This document shows positions 18,928 to 28,358 of a stretch of 64,000 nucleotides of DNA, one piece after another. A program made the position numbers and the translations under genes. Numbering within the stretch: position 1 is the first letter of the stretch; every line of letters starts with the position of its first letter. This DNA is from Planctomycetota bacterium (GTDB lineage: Bacteria; Planctomycetota; UBA1135; UBA2386). The stretch is from contig OZ245006.1 of NCBI GenBank assembly GCA_965223545.1, positions 2,208,001 through 2,272,000 on the forward strand, given 5' to 3'. The notes beneath the pieces are model-generated. The model saw nothing but the letters and a program-made list of their open reading frames with translations. It was not told the origin of the DNA and did not search any database.

Positions 18928-20667
18928 CTACGCCGGGCGCGCCGTAGACCGCTCGGCCAACAGCGCGACGAGAGTGCCGGTCACCAGGACGCCCACGCAG
19001 CCGATCACGTTGTACCAGAGGAACTCGATGCGCAGCGTCCAGTGCACGGCCATCACCGCGGCCAGACCGCCGAACAGACCGTACAAGCCGGCGCGCGGGC
19101 CAGCGCGCGGACAAATCAGCGCGAGCACGAAGACGCCGAGCAGCGAGCCGTAGAAGAACGAGCCGATCTTGTTGATCTGCTCGACGATGGACCCACCACC
19201 GGTCATCTGCAGCGCGGTGACCGTCGCCGCGATTCCCCAGAGCAGAGTGACGACACGGCTGGCGCGCAGCGCCTGCTGCTCGGAGCAGTCCGGCCGCAGC
19301 CAACGCCGATAGAAGTCGACGACCGTGGCCGCGGTCAGCGAGTTGAGGGTCGAGTCCGCGCTCGACATGGCCGCCGCGAAGATCGCCGCGATGATCAGCC
19401 CGAGCAGCACGACGGGGACGTGCTGCAGAACGAAGTGCGGGAAGACGTAGTTGGTGTCGCGATCCGGCTTGTCCTGCCCCGCGGGCTTGAGCTCCTCCAG
19501 CGCCGCGGTGCGCAAGGCGCGCGCGTCCCGCACGCTCTCGCGATAGCGCTCGAGCAGGGCTGGATCGCCGCGCGGCCCCTCCGGCAGGGCCGCCAGCTGC
19601 TGCACCATCGCCGCGCGCTCACGCTGCAAGTCCGCGTGCTGCTGTTCGAGCTGGCGCACCGCAGCACTCTGCGCGGCCGCCTCGCGGTGCTCGGGGTTGA
19701 ACAGGAGCGGCCCGCCGAACAAGGCGTAGAACAGGTAGAGCAGAACGCCGATGAACAGTACCAGCAGCTGCATCGGCACCTTGGCAAAGGCCGACATCAG
19801 CAGCGCCAGACGGCTCTGGTGCGCGGTCGGATTGGTCAGGATGCGCTGCACCTGACTCTGATCGCAACCGAAGTAGCTGAGGTGCAAGAACAGGCCGCCA
19901 ATCAGGCCGGACCAGACGTTGTACTTCTCCTCCCAGAAGCTCTTGGGGCCGCTGTCGTCCCCCGCGAGCCGCGGGATCATCTCGGTGCTGGCCGGCTCGA
20001 CCTCCAACGCGTTGAGCGCACCGGTCGCACCGAGCACCGAGAACATGCCGCCAAACGAAACGACCGACAGCACCTGGTAGAGAAGGATGCCCAGGCAGAG
20101 CAACAGCCCGCCAATGATCACCGTCATCTGCTTGACGTCGGTCCAGATCACGGCGTTGACCCCGCCGACCAGCGTGTAGCCGGTGGTCAACACACCGATG
20201 GCGACGACGGTGAACGAGATCGGCAGCTCCAGCATCGCGGACAAGACGACGGCGGGAGCGAAGATGACGATGCTGAACTGCATGCAGCGCGACGCGAGAA
20301 ACACCGCGCTGGCGGCGGCGCGCGTCGCCGGGCCGAAGCGCCGCTCGAGGAACTCGTACGCGGTGAGTACCGGGTTCTTGCGATACAGCGGCACGAAGAA
20401 CGCGCACAGGATCACCATCGCGAACGGCAGACCGAAGTAGATCTGCACGAAGTCCATGCCGTGGTCGTGCCCCTGGCCAGTGGTGCCGATCACCGTGATC
20501 GCCGAGGCCTGGGTCGCCATGACCGACAGCCCCGCCGCCCACCAGGGGATCGCGCGGTTGCCGGCGAAGTACCCCTCCAAGTCGCGCGCGCCCCGCGACC
20601 GGCGCATGCCGTCCCCGATCACGTAGCCGAGAAAGGCGAAGAACACGACCCAGTCGATCCAGCTCAC
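18928..20667 (-). CDS. Sodium:solute symporter (SSS family)
   Basis: YFAGNRAIPWWAAGLSVMATQASAIT, YEFLERRFG, VIWTD, DQSQVQR, AAAMSS motifs. Confidence 0.93.
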   Translation of the reverse strand: MSWIDWVVFFAFLGYVIGDGMRRSRGARDLEGYFAGNRAIPWWAAGLSVMATQASAITVIGTTGQGHDHGMDFVQIYFGLPFAMVILCAFFVPLYRKNPVLTAYEFLERRFGPATRAAASAVFLASRCMQFSIVIFAPAVVLSAMLELPISFTVVAIGVLTTGYTLVGGVNAVIWTDVKQMTVIIGGLLLCLGILLYQVLSVVSFGGMFSVLGATGALNALEVEPASTEMIPRLAGDDSGPKSFWEEKYNVWSGLIGGLFLHLSYFGCDQSQVQRILTNPTAHQSRLALLMSAFAKVPMQLLVLFIGVLLYLFYALFGGPLLFNPEHREAAAQSAAVRQLEQQHADLQRERAAMVQQLAALPEGPRGDPALLERYRESVRDARALRTAALEELKPAGQDKPDRDTNYVFPHFVLQHVPVVLLGLIIAAIFAAAMSSADSTLNSLTAATVVDFYRRWLRPDCSEQQALRASRVVTLLWGIAATVTALQMTGGGSIVEQINKIGSFFYGSLLGVFVLALICPRAGPRAGLYGLFGGLAAVMAVHWTLRIEFLWYNVIGCVGVLVTGTLVALLAERSTARPA

Positions 20668-20801
20668 GGCGGTCCCCCGTAGTCGTAGGTCTCGGTGAAC
20701 CAGTACAGCAGCAGCATGATGCCGACGGCGATCGCGATCACGACCGCGTACAGCCGCGCCCAGGATCCGAGCGGGGGCGGGGGTTCGACGGGCGAGGCCA
20801 T
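20664..20801 (-). CDS. Small single-TM protein coupled to the SSS transporter
   Basis: MASPVEPPPPLGSWARLYAVVIAIAVGIMLLLYWFTETY; stop overlaps the SSS GTG start. Confidence 0.65.
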   Translation of the reverse strand: MASPVEPPPPLGSWARLYAVVIAIAVGIMLLLYWFTETYDYGGPP

Positions 20802-20838
20802 GGGGTGCAAGCGGCGAGCAGGAGCGCGGTGCGTGTCG

Positions 20839-21915
20839 TCACTCCGCCGGTGCATCGGCGGCGGCCACACGGCGGCGGCGAAGGTAGACGATCACGACGA
20901 CTGCCGCGACGATGAGGACGAAGACCACGTCGAAGCGATCCGACCAGTTGCGCGCCGAGCGGCCGCGGCCACGGACCTCGGCCGCCCAGCGCTCGATCCA
21001 GCCGGGCTCCAGGGCGGCCAGTGAGTAGGGCCACCGGCGCACCGCCAACGTCTCGGCCACCGTTGCGCCAGCGCCGGCCAGCGGCGCGCGCGGGCCGGAA
21101 GGCAGAATGCCGTGCACCGCCAACCGTTCGGTCACCACCGGCGACAAGAGCGCGCGCACCACGGCGCGCGCCTCCGCACGGTGACCGGCCACGAGCCCCA
21201 ACGCAGCGCCACTGACCGGCGCGCCTTCGACCGGCACGACCAACCGCGGGTCGGCGAGCCAGGCGGGCCCGACCACCGGCAGCAGGGCGATGCGGACGGC
21301 ACCGGAATCCAGAGCGCGCGCGGCTTCGGTCGGCGATGCGGCGTAGAGAGCCACTCCGGCGTCGAAGGCCTGCAACCACGCCGACACCGCCGCCGTCGGC
21401 GCGCCCTGCGAACGCCGCCACCCCACCAGCGCCAACCACAGATCGGGACAGGCCGGCGCCGCGCACACCGCTGCCGCGGCGTCGAAGCTCCGATCGAACG
21501 CCAGTGCCTCGAGGCCCGCCGGCCCGGCGCCGCCACCGGCCGGTTCGCCCGCCGAGAACAGCGCCCAGGGCACCACCCAGGGGACGGCGAATCTCCCGGC
21601 CTCGTCGACCGCCGCCGGCGCCAGCCCAGCCACCCACTCGGCGTCGAGCGGCGACAGTGCCCCCGTCTCCGCGAGCCGGCGGATGTGCCAACCATCTCCG
21701 CCCAACCACAAGTCGACGCCGGCCAGACCGTCGTCGATGGCAGCACTCCCCCGCCGCTCGACGACGACCGGCACGCCACACAGCGCGAGCTCCGCGGCCA
21801 GCACGTCGTTGACGACCGCTGGCCCGGCCAACTGCACCCGCACTTGAGCCAAAGGACCGGACCACGCACCGGCCAGCGCTGCGAGGGTCGCGATGGCGGC
21901 GAGACGGAGTTTCAC
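20839..21915 (-). CDS. Divergent extracellular solute-binding-like protein with C-terminal membrane anchor
   Basis: GTG overlaps the MFS stop; N-terminal hydrophobic signal; DLWLGG and GALSPLD resemble iron/thiamine SBPs; C-terminal TM + RRRR. Confidence 0.55.
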   Translation of the reverse strand: MKLRLAAIATLAALAGAWSGPLAQVRVQLAGPAVVNDVLAAELALCGVPVVVERRGSAAIDDGLAGVDLWLGGDGWHIRRLAETGALSPLDAEWVAGLAPAAVDEAGRFAVPWVVPWALFSAGEPAGGGAGPAGLEALAFDRSFDAAAAVCAAPACPDLWLALVGWRRSQGAPTAAVSAWLQAFDAGVALYAASPTEAARALDSGAVRIALLPVVGPAWLADPRLVVPVEGAPVSGAALGLVAGHRAEARAVVRALLSPVVTERLAVHGILPSGPRAPLAGAGATVAETLAVRRWPYSLAALEPGWIERWAAEVRGRGRSARNWSDRFDVVFVLIVAAVVVIVYLRRRRVAAADAPAE

Positions 21916-23105
21916 AGGTCGACCCGGACGAACCAGCGGATGGTCAGGTAGGCGAACACCATCGTCGCCGCTGCCACCATCGCCCAGGTGTGGAACCCAT
22001 GCGCTGCGTACACCGCGCTGCCCTGCCACATGAACACCGCGCCACCCAAGTTGACTGCGGCAGCCCGCAACCCCATGAGAGTGCCGCGCATCCGCGGCTC
22101 GACGATCTCCGACATCAGCGCTTGCAGCGACGGCGTGCGGGCGGCGCCGAGCAGGCTGAGCGGAAGGCCGACAGCGACCAAACCGACCATGCCGTCGACG
22201 CGGGCCAAGAACGCCAGACACACCGCGACACCGGCCGTCGTCAGCAGCACCGTGTTGCGCTTGCCGGCGCGATCGGCGAAACGCGGCAGCACCAGACTGC
22301 CGGCGGCGGTGAACAGGCCGAGCCCAACCCAGACGATCCACTGGCGATCGCGCACCAGCAACGCGGACTCGTCGAGCCAATCGGCGGCCAGCTGCACCGT
22401 AGTGAAGAACGCGCCCGTGTACAGCAACACCGAAGCCAGCGCCGCGGCGGCGCCGGGTTGGGTCAAGACTTGCAGCTGCGACACGCGCGTGCGACTGCGC
22501 CCCAGGCCGGCCGGCAACAGCGCGAGGTAGCCGGCGACCGCCAACACGGCCGGCACCGCCAAGCCGACGAAGACGAACCGCCACGCGTCTCCCCCGGTGC
22601 GCGCGATCAGGATCGCCAACGGCAAGCCGACCGGCGTCGCCAAGAACAAGCCCATGGAGAACACTCCCATGGCGGCCGCGCGCCGCTCGAACGGCACCAG
22701 ATCGGCGACCGCCGCCGAGGCACTGGTGAACGCGAGACCACCGCCGAAGCCGGCGATCGCCCGCGCCGCCAACAGCAACCGGTGATCGCCGGGAATGCCG
22801 TGCATGGCGAGCCCGATCGCGGTCAGCAGCCCGCCGACGACCATCGGCCCCCGGCGCCCGGCGGCGTCGATCCACGGCCCCAACAGCAGCGCGGCCAGCG
22901 CGCCGGCCCCGCTCGCCACCCAGACCAGCTGCCCGATCGTGGTCTTGGCCACTTCGGGCGCGAGCTGCGAGTACAGCGAGTCCTCGCGCAGGAAGGGAAT
23001 CAGCGCCCCGACGACGCTGACGTTGACCGTGACCACGAAGGCGCCGAACGCCAGCGCGATCACCGCCAGCCGCTCGCGGGACCGGTTCAGCACGACCTCG
23101 GTCAT
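21912..23105 (-). CDS. MFS transporter
   Basis: About 12 hydrophobic helices; GPWIDAAGRR and ADRAGKR motif A. Confidence 0.9.
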   Translation of the reverse strand: MTEVVLNRSRERLAVIALAFGAFVVTVNVSVVGALIPFLREDSLYSQLAPEVAKTTIGQLVWVASGAGALAALLLGPWIDAAGRRGPMVVGGLLTAIGLAMHGIPGDHRLLLAARAIAGFGGGLAFTSASAAVADLVPFERRAAAMGVFSMGLFLATPVGLPLAILIARTGGDAWRFVFVGLAVPAVLAVAGYLALLPAGLGRSRTRVSQLQVLTQPGAAAALASVLLYTGAFFTTVQLAADWLDESALLVRDRQWIVWVGLGLFTAAGSLVLPRFADRAGKRNTVLLTTAGVAVCLAFLARVDGMVGLVAVGLPLSLLGAARTPSLQALMSEIVEPRMRGTLMGLRAAAVNLGGAVFMWQGSAVYAAHGFHTWAMVAAATMVFAYLTIRWFVRVDL

Positions 23106-23401
23106 GCCCGGCCTCGACGCCGGCCGCGGCGAGACCAGCGCCACACAGAATCGGACCTCGCCGTCATCGCGACACTGGAGCGCGCGGCGCCGCGGATTGC
23201 AAAGCCGGCACTCCCGCCGACCGGCCGGGCAAAAGGTCGCGCCGCGCCGCAGTCGAGATAGACTTCGGGGCCCGTCGCCCCGGCAAGACCAGTGATGCCC
23301 TCGAAGTCGACTCCCTCGGCCCCGCACCACGGCGGGCGCCCCCACCGCCGCGCGTCGGCCGGCGCGCCGCCGCGCCAGTCGGTCACGACGGTCCGCGCCT
23401 C

Positions 23402-24745
23402 ATGAAGATCGCCATTCTCGGTGCCGGCATCTCGGGCACGACCGCAGCGCGCTTGCTGGCCGGCGACGGCCACCGCGTCGTCGTCCTCGAGAGCTCGGAC
23501 CGCGCCGGCGGTCTGTGCAAGTCGCGCGTGACCGAGGGCTTCACCTTCGACGAGGCCGGCGGTCACATCCTGTTCAGCAAGAACCGCGAGGTGCTCGACT
23601 GGCAGCTGGCGCGCTGCGGCGGCGAGCAGGGCGTGGTGCGCACCGAACGGCAGACGCGCATCCGGTGGCGCGACCGCTACGTGCCGTACCCGTTCGAGAA
23701 CGGTGTCGGTCACCTGCCCAAGGAGATCATCGTCGATTGCATGGAGGGGTACATCGAAGCCCACGTGCAGCGACGGCTCGGGGTATCGTGCCCCGCGAAC
23801 TTCCGCGACTGGATCGATTGGCGGATGGGCGCCGGCTTCGCCCGCGAGTTCATGGTGCCCTACAACGAGAAGATCTGGTCGTGCGACCTGCGCAGCATGT
23901 CGAGCGGCTGGGTCGCGGGCCGCGTGCCCGAAGCGCCGGTGCGCGACATCCTCAGCGCCGCGGTCGGCGTCGACACCGAGGGCTACACGCACCAGTCGAT
24001 CTTCTACTTTCCGCGGCGCGGCGGCTTCGAGGCGATGGTGCACGGCACGGTCGAAGGTGGCGGATTCGAGCTGCGCCTGCGCACTCCGGCCGAGCGGGTC
24101 ACGCGCACCGCCGAGGGTTTTGTGGTCAACGACGAGGCCTTCGACCTGGTGATCAACACCGTGCCGCTGCCCGCGATCGAGCCGGCGTTCGCCGATATCC
24201 CGGACGCCGTGCGCGCCGACATCCAGGCGCTCCGACCGATCAGCCTGGTCAACGTGCTGTTCGGCGTCGAGGTGGACGAGCCGCCGGAGCCGCTGTCCTG
24301 GGTGTATCTCCCCTTCCCCGAGCAGGGACCGGCCAACCGGGTCACCTTCTTCAGCAACTATTCTCCTGAGAATGCACCACCCGGCCACGCATCCTTCATG
24401 GCCGAGGTCACCCACCGGGGCGAGCTGCAGCCAACGCCGGAGTGGATCGCGGCGCTGGGGAAGAGCTTGGGGCAGGCAGGCCTGTTCGACGCGTCGCGGG
24501 TGGTCGTCACCGATTGGGCCGCCAGCGAGTTCGCCTACATCGACCAGGACCTCGCCTTCGAAGAGCGCGTCGGCCGCGTCCGCAAGTGGTTTGACAGCTC
24601 GGGTTACATCACGTTCGGTCGATTTGGCCGCTACGAGTACCACAACTCGGACCAGTGCATCGCCCGCGCGATGGAGGTCCACCGGCACGTGCAGGACATC
24701 GCCGCCACGGGGGATCCGGCGCGGCCGGTGTTCGCCTCGCCCTGA
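23402..24745 (+). CDS. FAD-dependent oxidoreductase (protoporphyrinogen oxidase/UDP-galactopyranose mutase-like)
   Basis: GAGISG Rossmann motif, GGLCKS, FDEAGGHILFS, PYNEKIW, FGRFGRYEY. Confidence 0.85.
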   Translation: MKIAILGAGISGTTAARLLAGDGHRVVVLESSDRAGGLCKSRVTEGFTFDEAGGHILFSKNREVLDWQLARCGGEQGVVRTERQTRIRWRDRYVPYPFENGVGHLPKEIIVDCMEGYIEAHVQRRLGVSCPANFRDWIDWRMGAGFAREFMVPYNEKIWSCDLRSMSSGWVAGRVPEAPVRDILSAAVGVDTEGYTHQSIFYFPRRGGFEAMVHGTVEGGGFELRLRTPAERVTRTAEGFVVNDEAFDLVINTVPLPAIEPAFADIPDAVRADIQALRPISLVNVLFGVEVDEPPEPLSWVYLPFPEQGPANRVTFFSNYSPENAPPGHASFMAEVTHRGELQPTPEWIAALGKSLGQAGLFDASRVVVTDWAASEFAYIDQDLAFEERVGRVRKWFDSSGYITFGRFGRYEYHNSDQCIARAMEVHRHVQDIAATGDPARPVFASP

Positions 24746-24848
24746 CGGCGCCACTTTTTTTGGCCGTGCACGGAACACCGGCAGGGCCCACCCGCGTCCC
24801 AGGAGTGCGATCGACGGGAGCATCCGCTCCCGTTTGCTCTCTCCAAAC

Positions 24849-24979
24849 GTGAGGTTGTTCCGGGTTCGTCGAACCACCGGCGTCCATGACGCGGCCCTGT
24901 CCAAGAGGGGTCTTGACAGTGGGTGCAATGCCCAGCCGCGCCGCCGGTGGCCGCGACAGTCAGTGACCCGCAACCACAC
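24849..24979 (+). ncRNA. Candidate structured ncRNA (long rod with a branched, T-arm-like tip)
   Basis: Nested helices GGTTG/CAACC, CGGGT/ACCCG, GTCG/CGAC, CCACCGGCG/CGCCGGTGG, CGCGGC/GCCGCG enclose hairpins CTGTC..GACAG and TGGG-TGCAATG-CCCA; no credible ORF; strand inferred from the downstream terminator. Confidence 0.5.
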
Positions 24980-25025
24980 CATCTCCGCGCGGAAGTGCGA
25001 GCCGCGCGGCGAGTCCTCTCCAACA

Positions 25026-25066
25026 GCGAGGCGTGTCGTCCATGCAGACACGCCTCGCGCCTTTTA
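25026..25066 (+). terminator. Intrinsic terminator-like hairpin
   Basis: 12-bp stem GCGAGGCGTGTC/GACACGCCTCGC followed by GCCTTTTA. Confidence 0.6.
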
Positions 25067-25084
25067 ACCGCGGCGCGTGCGCGG

Positions 25085-25426
25085 TCAGCGACGCGGCGCG
25101 CTGAGGTCGTAGGACTCCTTCAGCCCCTTGGCCCAGATCGATTTGGGCAGCGGCTTCTCCGCCGTGAAGCGCGCGGTGACCCAAGACGTCGAGCCGACCC
25201 CGAAGCGGTCGGGCTGGGTCTCGGCCAGCTCGGCGGCGCGCGCGCGCGAGCGCTCCAGCTTGAACATCGCCTTGAAGCCCTGCCCCTTCGGCCCGGGACC
25301 GAGGTACAGGAATGCGTTCTTGCCGACCTTGAACGCGCGCTGGTTGCACGACGTGCTCTCGGTGACGTCGGGCATGGCTCCCGCCTGGTCGGCGATCGCA
25401 GCGAGCGGGTCGGCGGCACGCGGCAT
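25085..25426 (-). CDS. MmcQ/YjbR family protein
   Basis: AFKVGKNAF, FKL, WVT pattern; 113 aa. Confidence 0.7.
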   Translation of the reverse strand: MPRAADPLAAIADQAGAMPDVTESTSCNQRAFKVGKNAFLYLGPGPKGQGFKAMFKLERSRARAAELAETQPDRFGVGSTSWVTARFTAEKPLPKSIWAKGLKESYDLSAPRR

Positions 25427-25584
25427 GGCGGCAGTACATCACCTCACGAGGACGGCGACAAGCCGCCCCACAGCCCGTCCGCGCTCGGTTGCCGACATCT
25501 CGTTGCGGCTCGACGCAATCACACGTTGTGAGATTCCGCGCAGCGCACGCGCGACGGCGGGAACAGAATCGGCAAAGAGACCGC

Positions 25585-27741
25585 ATGCCGACCCAGCTCA
25601 CCCTACGCATCCTGGCCGGGACCCTGCTCGCCGCCAACTTCGTCGTCGCGCAACCGAGCGAGTGGCGGCGACAGGCCTTCCTCGACGCGACGGGCAACGG
25701 GTCGCTGTCGTTCGACCGCGCGCGGGGGCGACTGGTGTCCTACGTCCACGGCCGCGCCGGCGGGGACTTGTGGGAGCTGGGCAGTGGCACGTGGACGTTG
25801 CGCGCCACGGCCGGCCCCCGCGTCGCCAGCTACCCCGGCGACACTGCCTACGACGAGGACCGGCGCGAGGTCGTGCACGTGACGGTCGGCGAGACCTGGC
25901 TGTGGAACGGCGTTGCCTGGCGACAGGCAACGCTGTCGAAGCCGATGCCCACAGCGCTCGGCATCACCATGCCGATGGCCTACGACGCGGCGCGGCGCAC
26001 GCTGGTGCTGGTCGACGAGAACAGCGCGACCTGGGGCTGGGACGGCACCGACTGGCAGCTGCTCGGCAACGCCGGTCCACCTGCGCGGCGACGGACGGCG
26101 CTCGCCTACGACCGCGCGCGGCAGCGCGTGGTGCTGTTCAGCGGCTACTTGGCCGCCGGACGCTCGCTGCGCGACACGTGGGAATGGGACGGAACCCGCT
26201 GGACCGAGCGACGTCCGACCACGTCACCGCCAGAACGCCACTTCCACGCGATGGCGTACGACGACGCGCGCGGCGTCGTCGTGCTGTTCGGCGGCGCCGA
26301 CAACCGGTTCCAGCTGCGCGGTGACACCTGGGAGTGGGACGGGACCGAGTGGCGGGAACGGCCGACCGCAGTCGCGCCCACCCCGCGGCGCAACCCTCGC
26401 CTGGCCTACGACGACCGGCGCCGAAGGGTCGTCCTGTTCGAGTCGCCATCGGGACCCGGCACCTGCTCCGGGCGGCAGAACTGCTACGAGGAACGCCACT
26501 GGGAGTGGGACGGCGCCGAGTGGACCAAGCGCATCACCGCTGCGCTGCCACCCGCGATCGTCTCGATTGCGCAGGACGTCGCCCGCCGCCGGGTCGTCGC
26601 CCTGGGCGCGCGCTACCCGGGGGCCCTGCAACAACGGACGTGGGTGTGGGACGGGTTCGGCTGGTCGCCGGCGCCCTCGGGTGTCGAGCCCACCGGCGTT
26701 CCGGTGCTCTGCACCAATGCGCAGGGACAAGGCGTTCTTCACTACGACGGGACCGAGACTTGGACCCTCGACGGCGGCGAGTGGCAACGCCACTCCCTGG
26801 CGTCGGCGCCGCGTTCGCGCGATCGACACCAGATGGCATTCGACCCCACCACCGGCTTGGTGGTGATGTTCGGCGGCCGCACGCCCGCTGGCACTCCGCT
26901 CGGCGATACTTGGGAGTGGAACGGCTCCCAATGGCGCGCTCGCAGTCCCACGACACCACCGCCACCCACCCACTCGGCCGCCATGGCGTACGACCCCCAG
27001 TTGGGGGGAGTGCTACTGGTGATCCCATCCGGCGCGACGTGGCTTTGGGCCAACGGCAGCTGGCGACTGGTCGACGCGTCCTCGCTGCCGTCCACCCGCC
27101 AGGAGGACGTCGCGATGTTCGACGAGGCGCGCGGCCAGCCGGTGCTCGTCAGTCGCTACGACTCGCCGTTCGTCGCCGACGACACGCTGGCTTGGAACGG
27201 CCAGCGCTGGCAGCCGGTCCAACCCTCGGGCTTCGTCCACTCACAGACGATCCAACGGCTGACGACCCTGGCGTTCGACCCGGTCCGCAACCGCTTGATG
27301 TCCAGCCACGCGGCGCCGGACGTCTGGTTCCTCGGCGCGGGCGCGCTCGCCACCCACACCGCCTATGGCGGCGGCTGCGGCCAAGCGCCCCCCATCCTCG
27401 CTTGGTTCGGCGAGCCGGCGTTCGCCCGCGAGGAGTTCGCCATCGACATCGTCCGCGCCGCCGCCAATCAACCGGCGCTGTTCCTGCTCGGCCCGCTCAC
27501 GGCCAGCATTCCCTGGCCCACCGGCACGAACTGCACGCTGCTGGTCGACCCGCGGGCCGGCGGCGCCGTCGTCGCCCCGGCCATCACCAACGCGCACGGC
27601 TTCGCCTCGATCTCGACGTCGATCCCGACCAGGACCAGCCTGCTCGGCGCACCCCTGACCACCCAGGGCATCGTCTTGGATCCGGCGTCCGCGGGAGGCC
27701 TCGCGATGACCGGCGGAATCCACGGCACGCTCGGCTTCTGA
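25585..27741 (+). CDS. Secreted kelch-like beta-propeller protein (WEWDG repeats) with C-terminal beta domain
   Basis: Signal peptide; repeated HAMAYD..R.VVLFGG...DTWEWDG..W. Confidence 0.85.
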   Translation: MPTQLTLRILAGTLLAANFVVAQPSEWRRQAFLDATGNGSLSFDRARGRLVSYVHGRAGGDLWELGSGTWTLRATAGPRVASYPGDTAYDEDRREVVHVTVGETWLWNGVAWRQATLSKPMPTALGITMPMAYDAARRTLVLVDENSATWGWDGTDWQLLGNAGPPARRRTALAYDRARQRVVLFSGYLAAGRSLRDTWEWDGTRWTERRPTTSPPERHFHAMAYDDARGVVVLFGGADNRFQLRGDTWEWDGTEWRERPTAVAPTPRRNPRLAYDDRRRRVVLFESPSGPGTCSGRQNCYEERHWEWDGAEWTKRITAALPPAIVSIAQDVARRRVVALGARYPGALQQRTWVWDGFGWSPAPSGVEPTGVPVLCTNAQGQGVLHYDGTETWTLDGGEWQRHSLASAPRSRDRHQMAFDPTTGLVVMFGGRTPAGTPLGDTWEWNGSQWRARSPTTPPPPTHSAAMAYDPQLGGVLLVIPSGATWLWANGSWRLVDASSLPSTRQEDVAMFDEARGQPVLVSRYDSPFVADDTLAWNGQRWQPVQPSGFVHSQTIQRLTTLAFDPVRNRLMSSHAAPDVWFLGAGALATHTAYGGGCGQAPPILAWFGEPAFAREEFAIDIVRAAANQPALFLLGPLTASIPWPTGTNCTLLVDPRAGGAVVAPAITNAHGFASISTSIPTRTSLLGAPLTTQGIVLDPASAGGLAMTGGIHGTLGF

Positions 27742-27829
27742 CCGGCGCCCACCGCCCGCAGTCGCGGACCCGAGCCTCACTCGAGAATCGAAACCGTGGG
27801 CGTGCTCGTCAGCACCGATCCGCGATCCA

Positions 27830-28343
27830 GGACACCGCGCGCAGCGATCACGCGATGGAGTTCGATGCGATCTCGGGCAGCCTGGTCCTGGTCGGCGGCG
27901 ACACGGTGCAGACCTTCACCGGCGACGCCTGGTTGTGGACCCCGACGCCGGCAGCCGCGCTGGCGACCGGGCCCGGTTGCAGCGGTCTCGGCGCTCCACC
28001 CAGTTTGGCCACCCTCGGCGCTCCGCTGGTCGGCCAGCGGCGCTTCACGCTGGACATCAACGGCGCGTCGGCATCGGTGCCGGGGTGCCTTGCCATCGCG
28101 GCCGGACCGGGCTCCTCTTCGATGGGTCCTGCATGCACCCTCTGGCTCGACCCAAGCACACTCGTCGCTGGCTGGCCCCTCACGACGACGGCGTTCGGGT
28201 TCTCGTCACTGACTTTGAGGCTGCCGCCGCTCACCAGCCTGCTCGGTGCGCGGCTGTTCGCGCAGTCGGCGACGATCGAGGCCGGCGCAACGAGCAACGG
28301 GATCGCGCTGAGCAACGCGATGCAGTTGACGCTGGGGAACTGA
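27830..28343 (+). pseudogene. 5'-truncated paralogue of the upstream kelch protein (last blade + C-terminal domain)
   Basis: ARSDHAMEFDAISGSLVLVGG...DAWLW then GPGC...CTLWLDP...LFAQ...LSNAMQLTLGN; no signal peptide; the repeat motif begins upstream of the first ATG (27855). Confidence 0.6.
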
Positions 28344-28358
28344 CGCGCGGCCCCGGCC

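Noticed and set aside
24890..24940. tRNA gene
   Set aside because: No D arm or anticodon arm, no TTC in the loop and no CCA end; kept only as part of the ncRNA candidate.
26334..28343. 669-aa ORF or programmed frameshift joining the kelch gene to the downstream fragment
   Set aside because: The first 500 or so codons are an off-frame shadow of the kelch gene, which has its own complete C-terminal domain and stop; no slippery site noticed.
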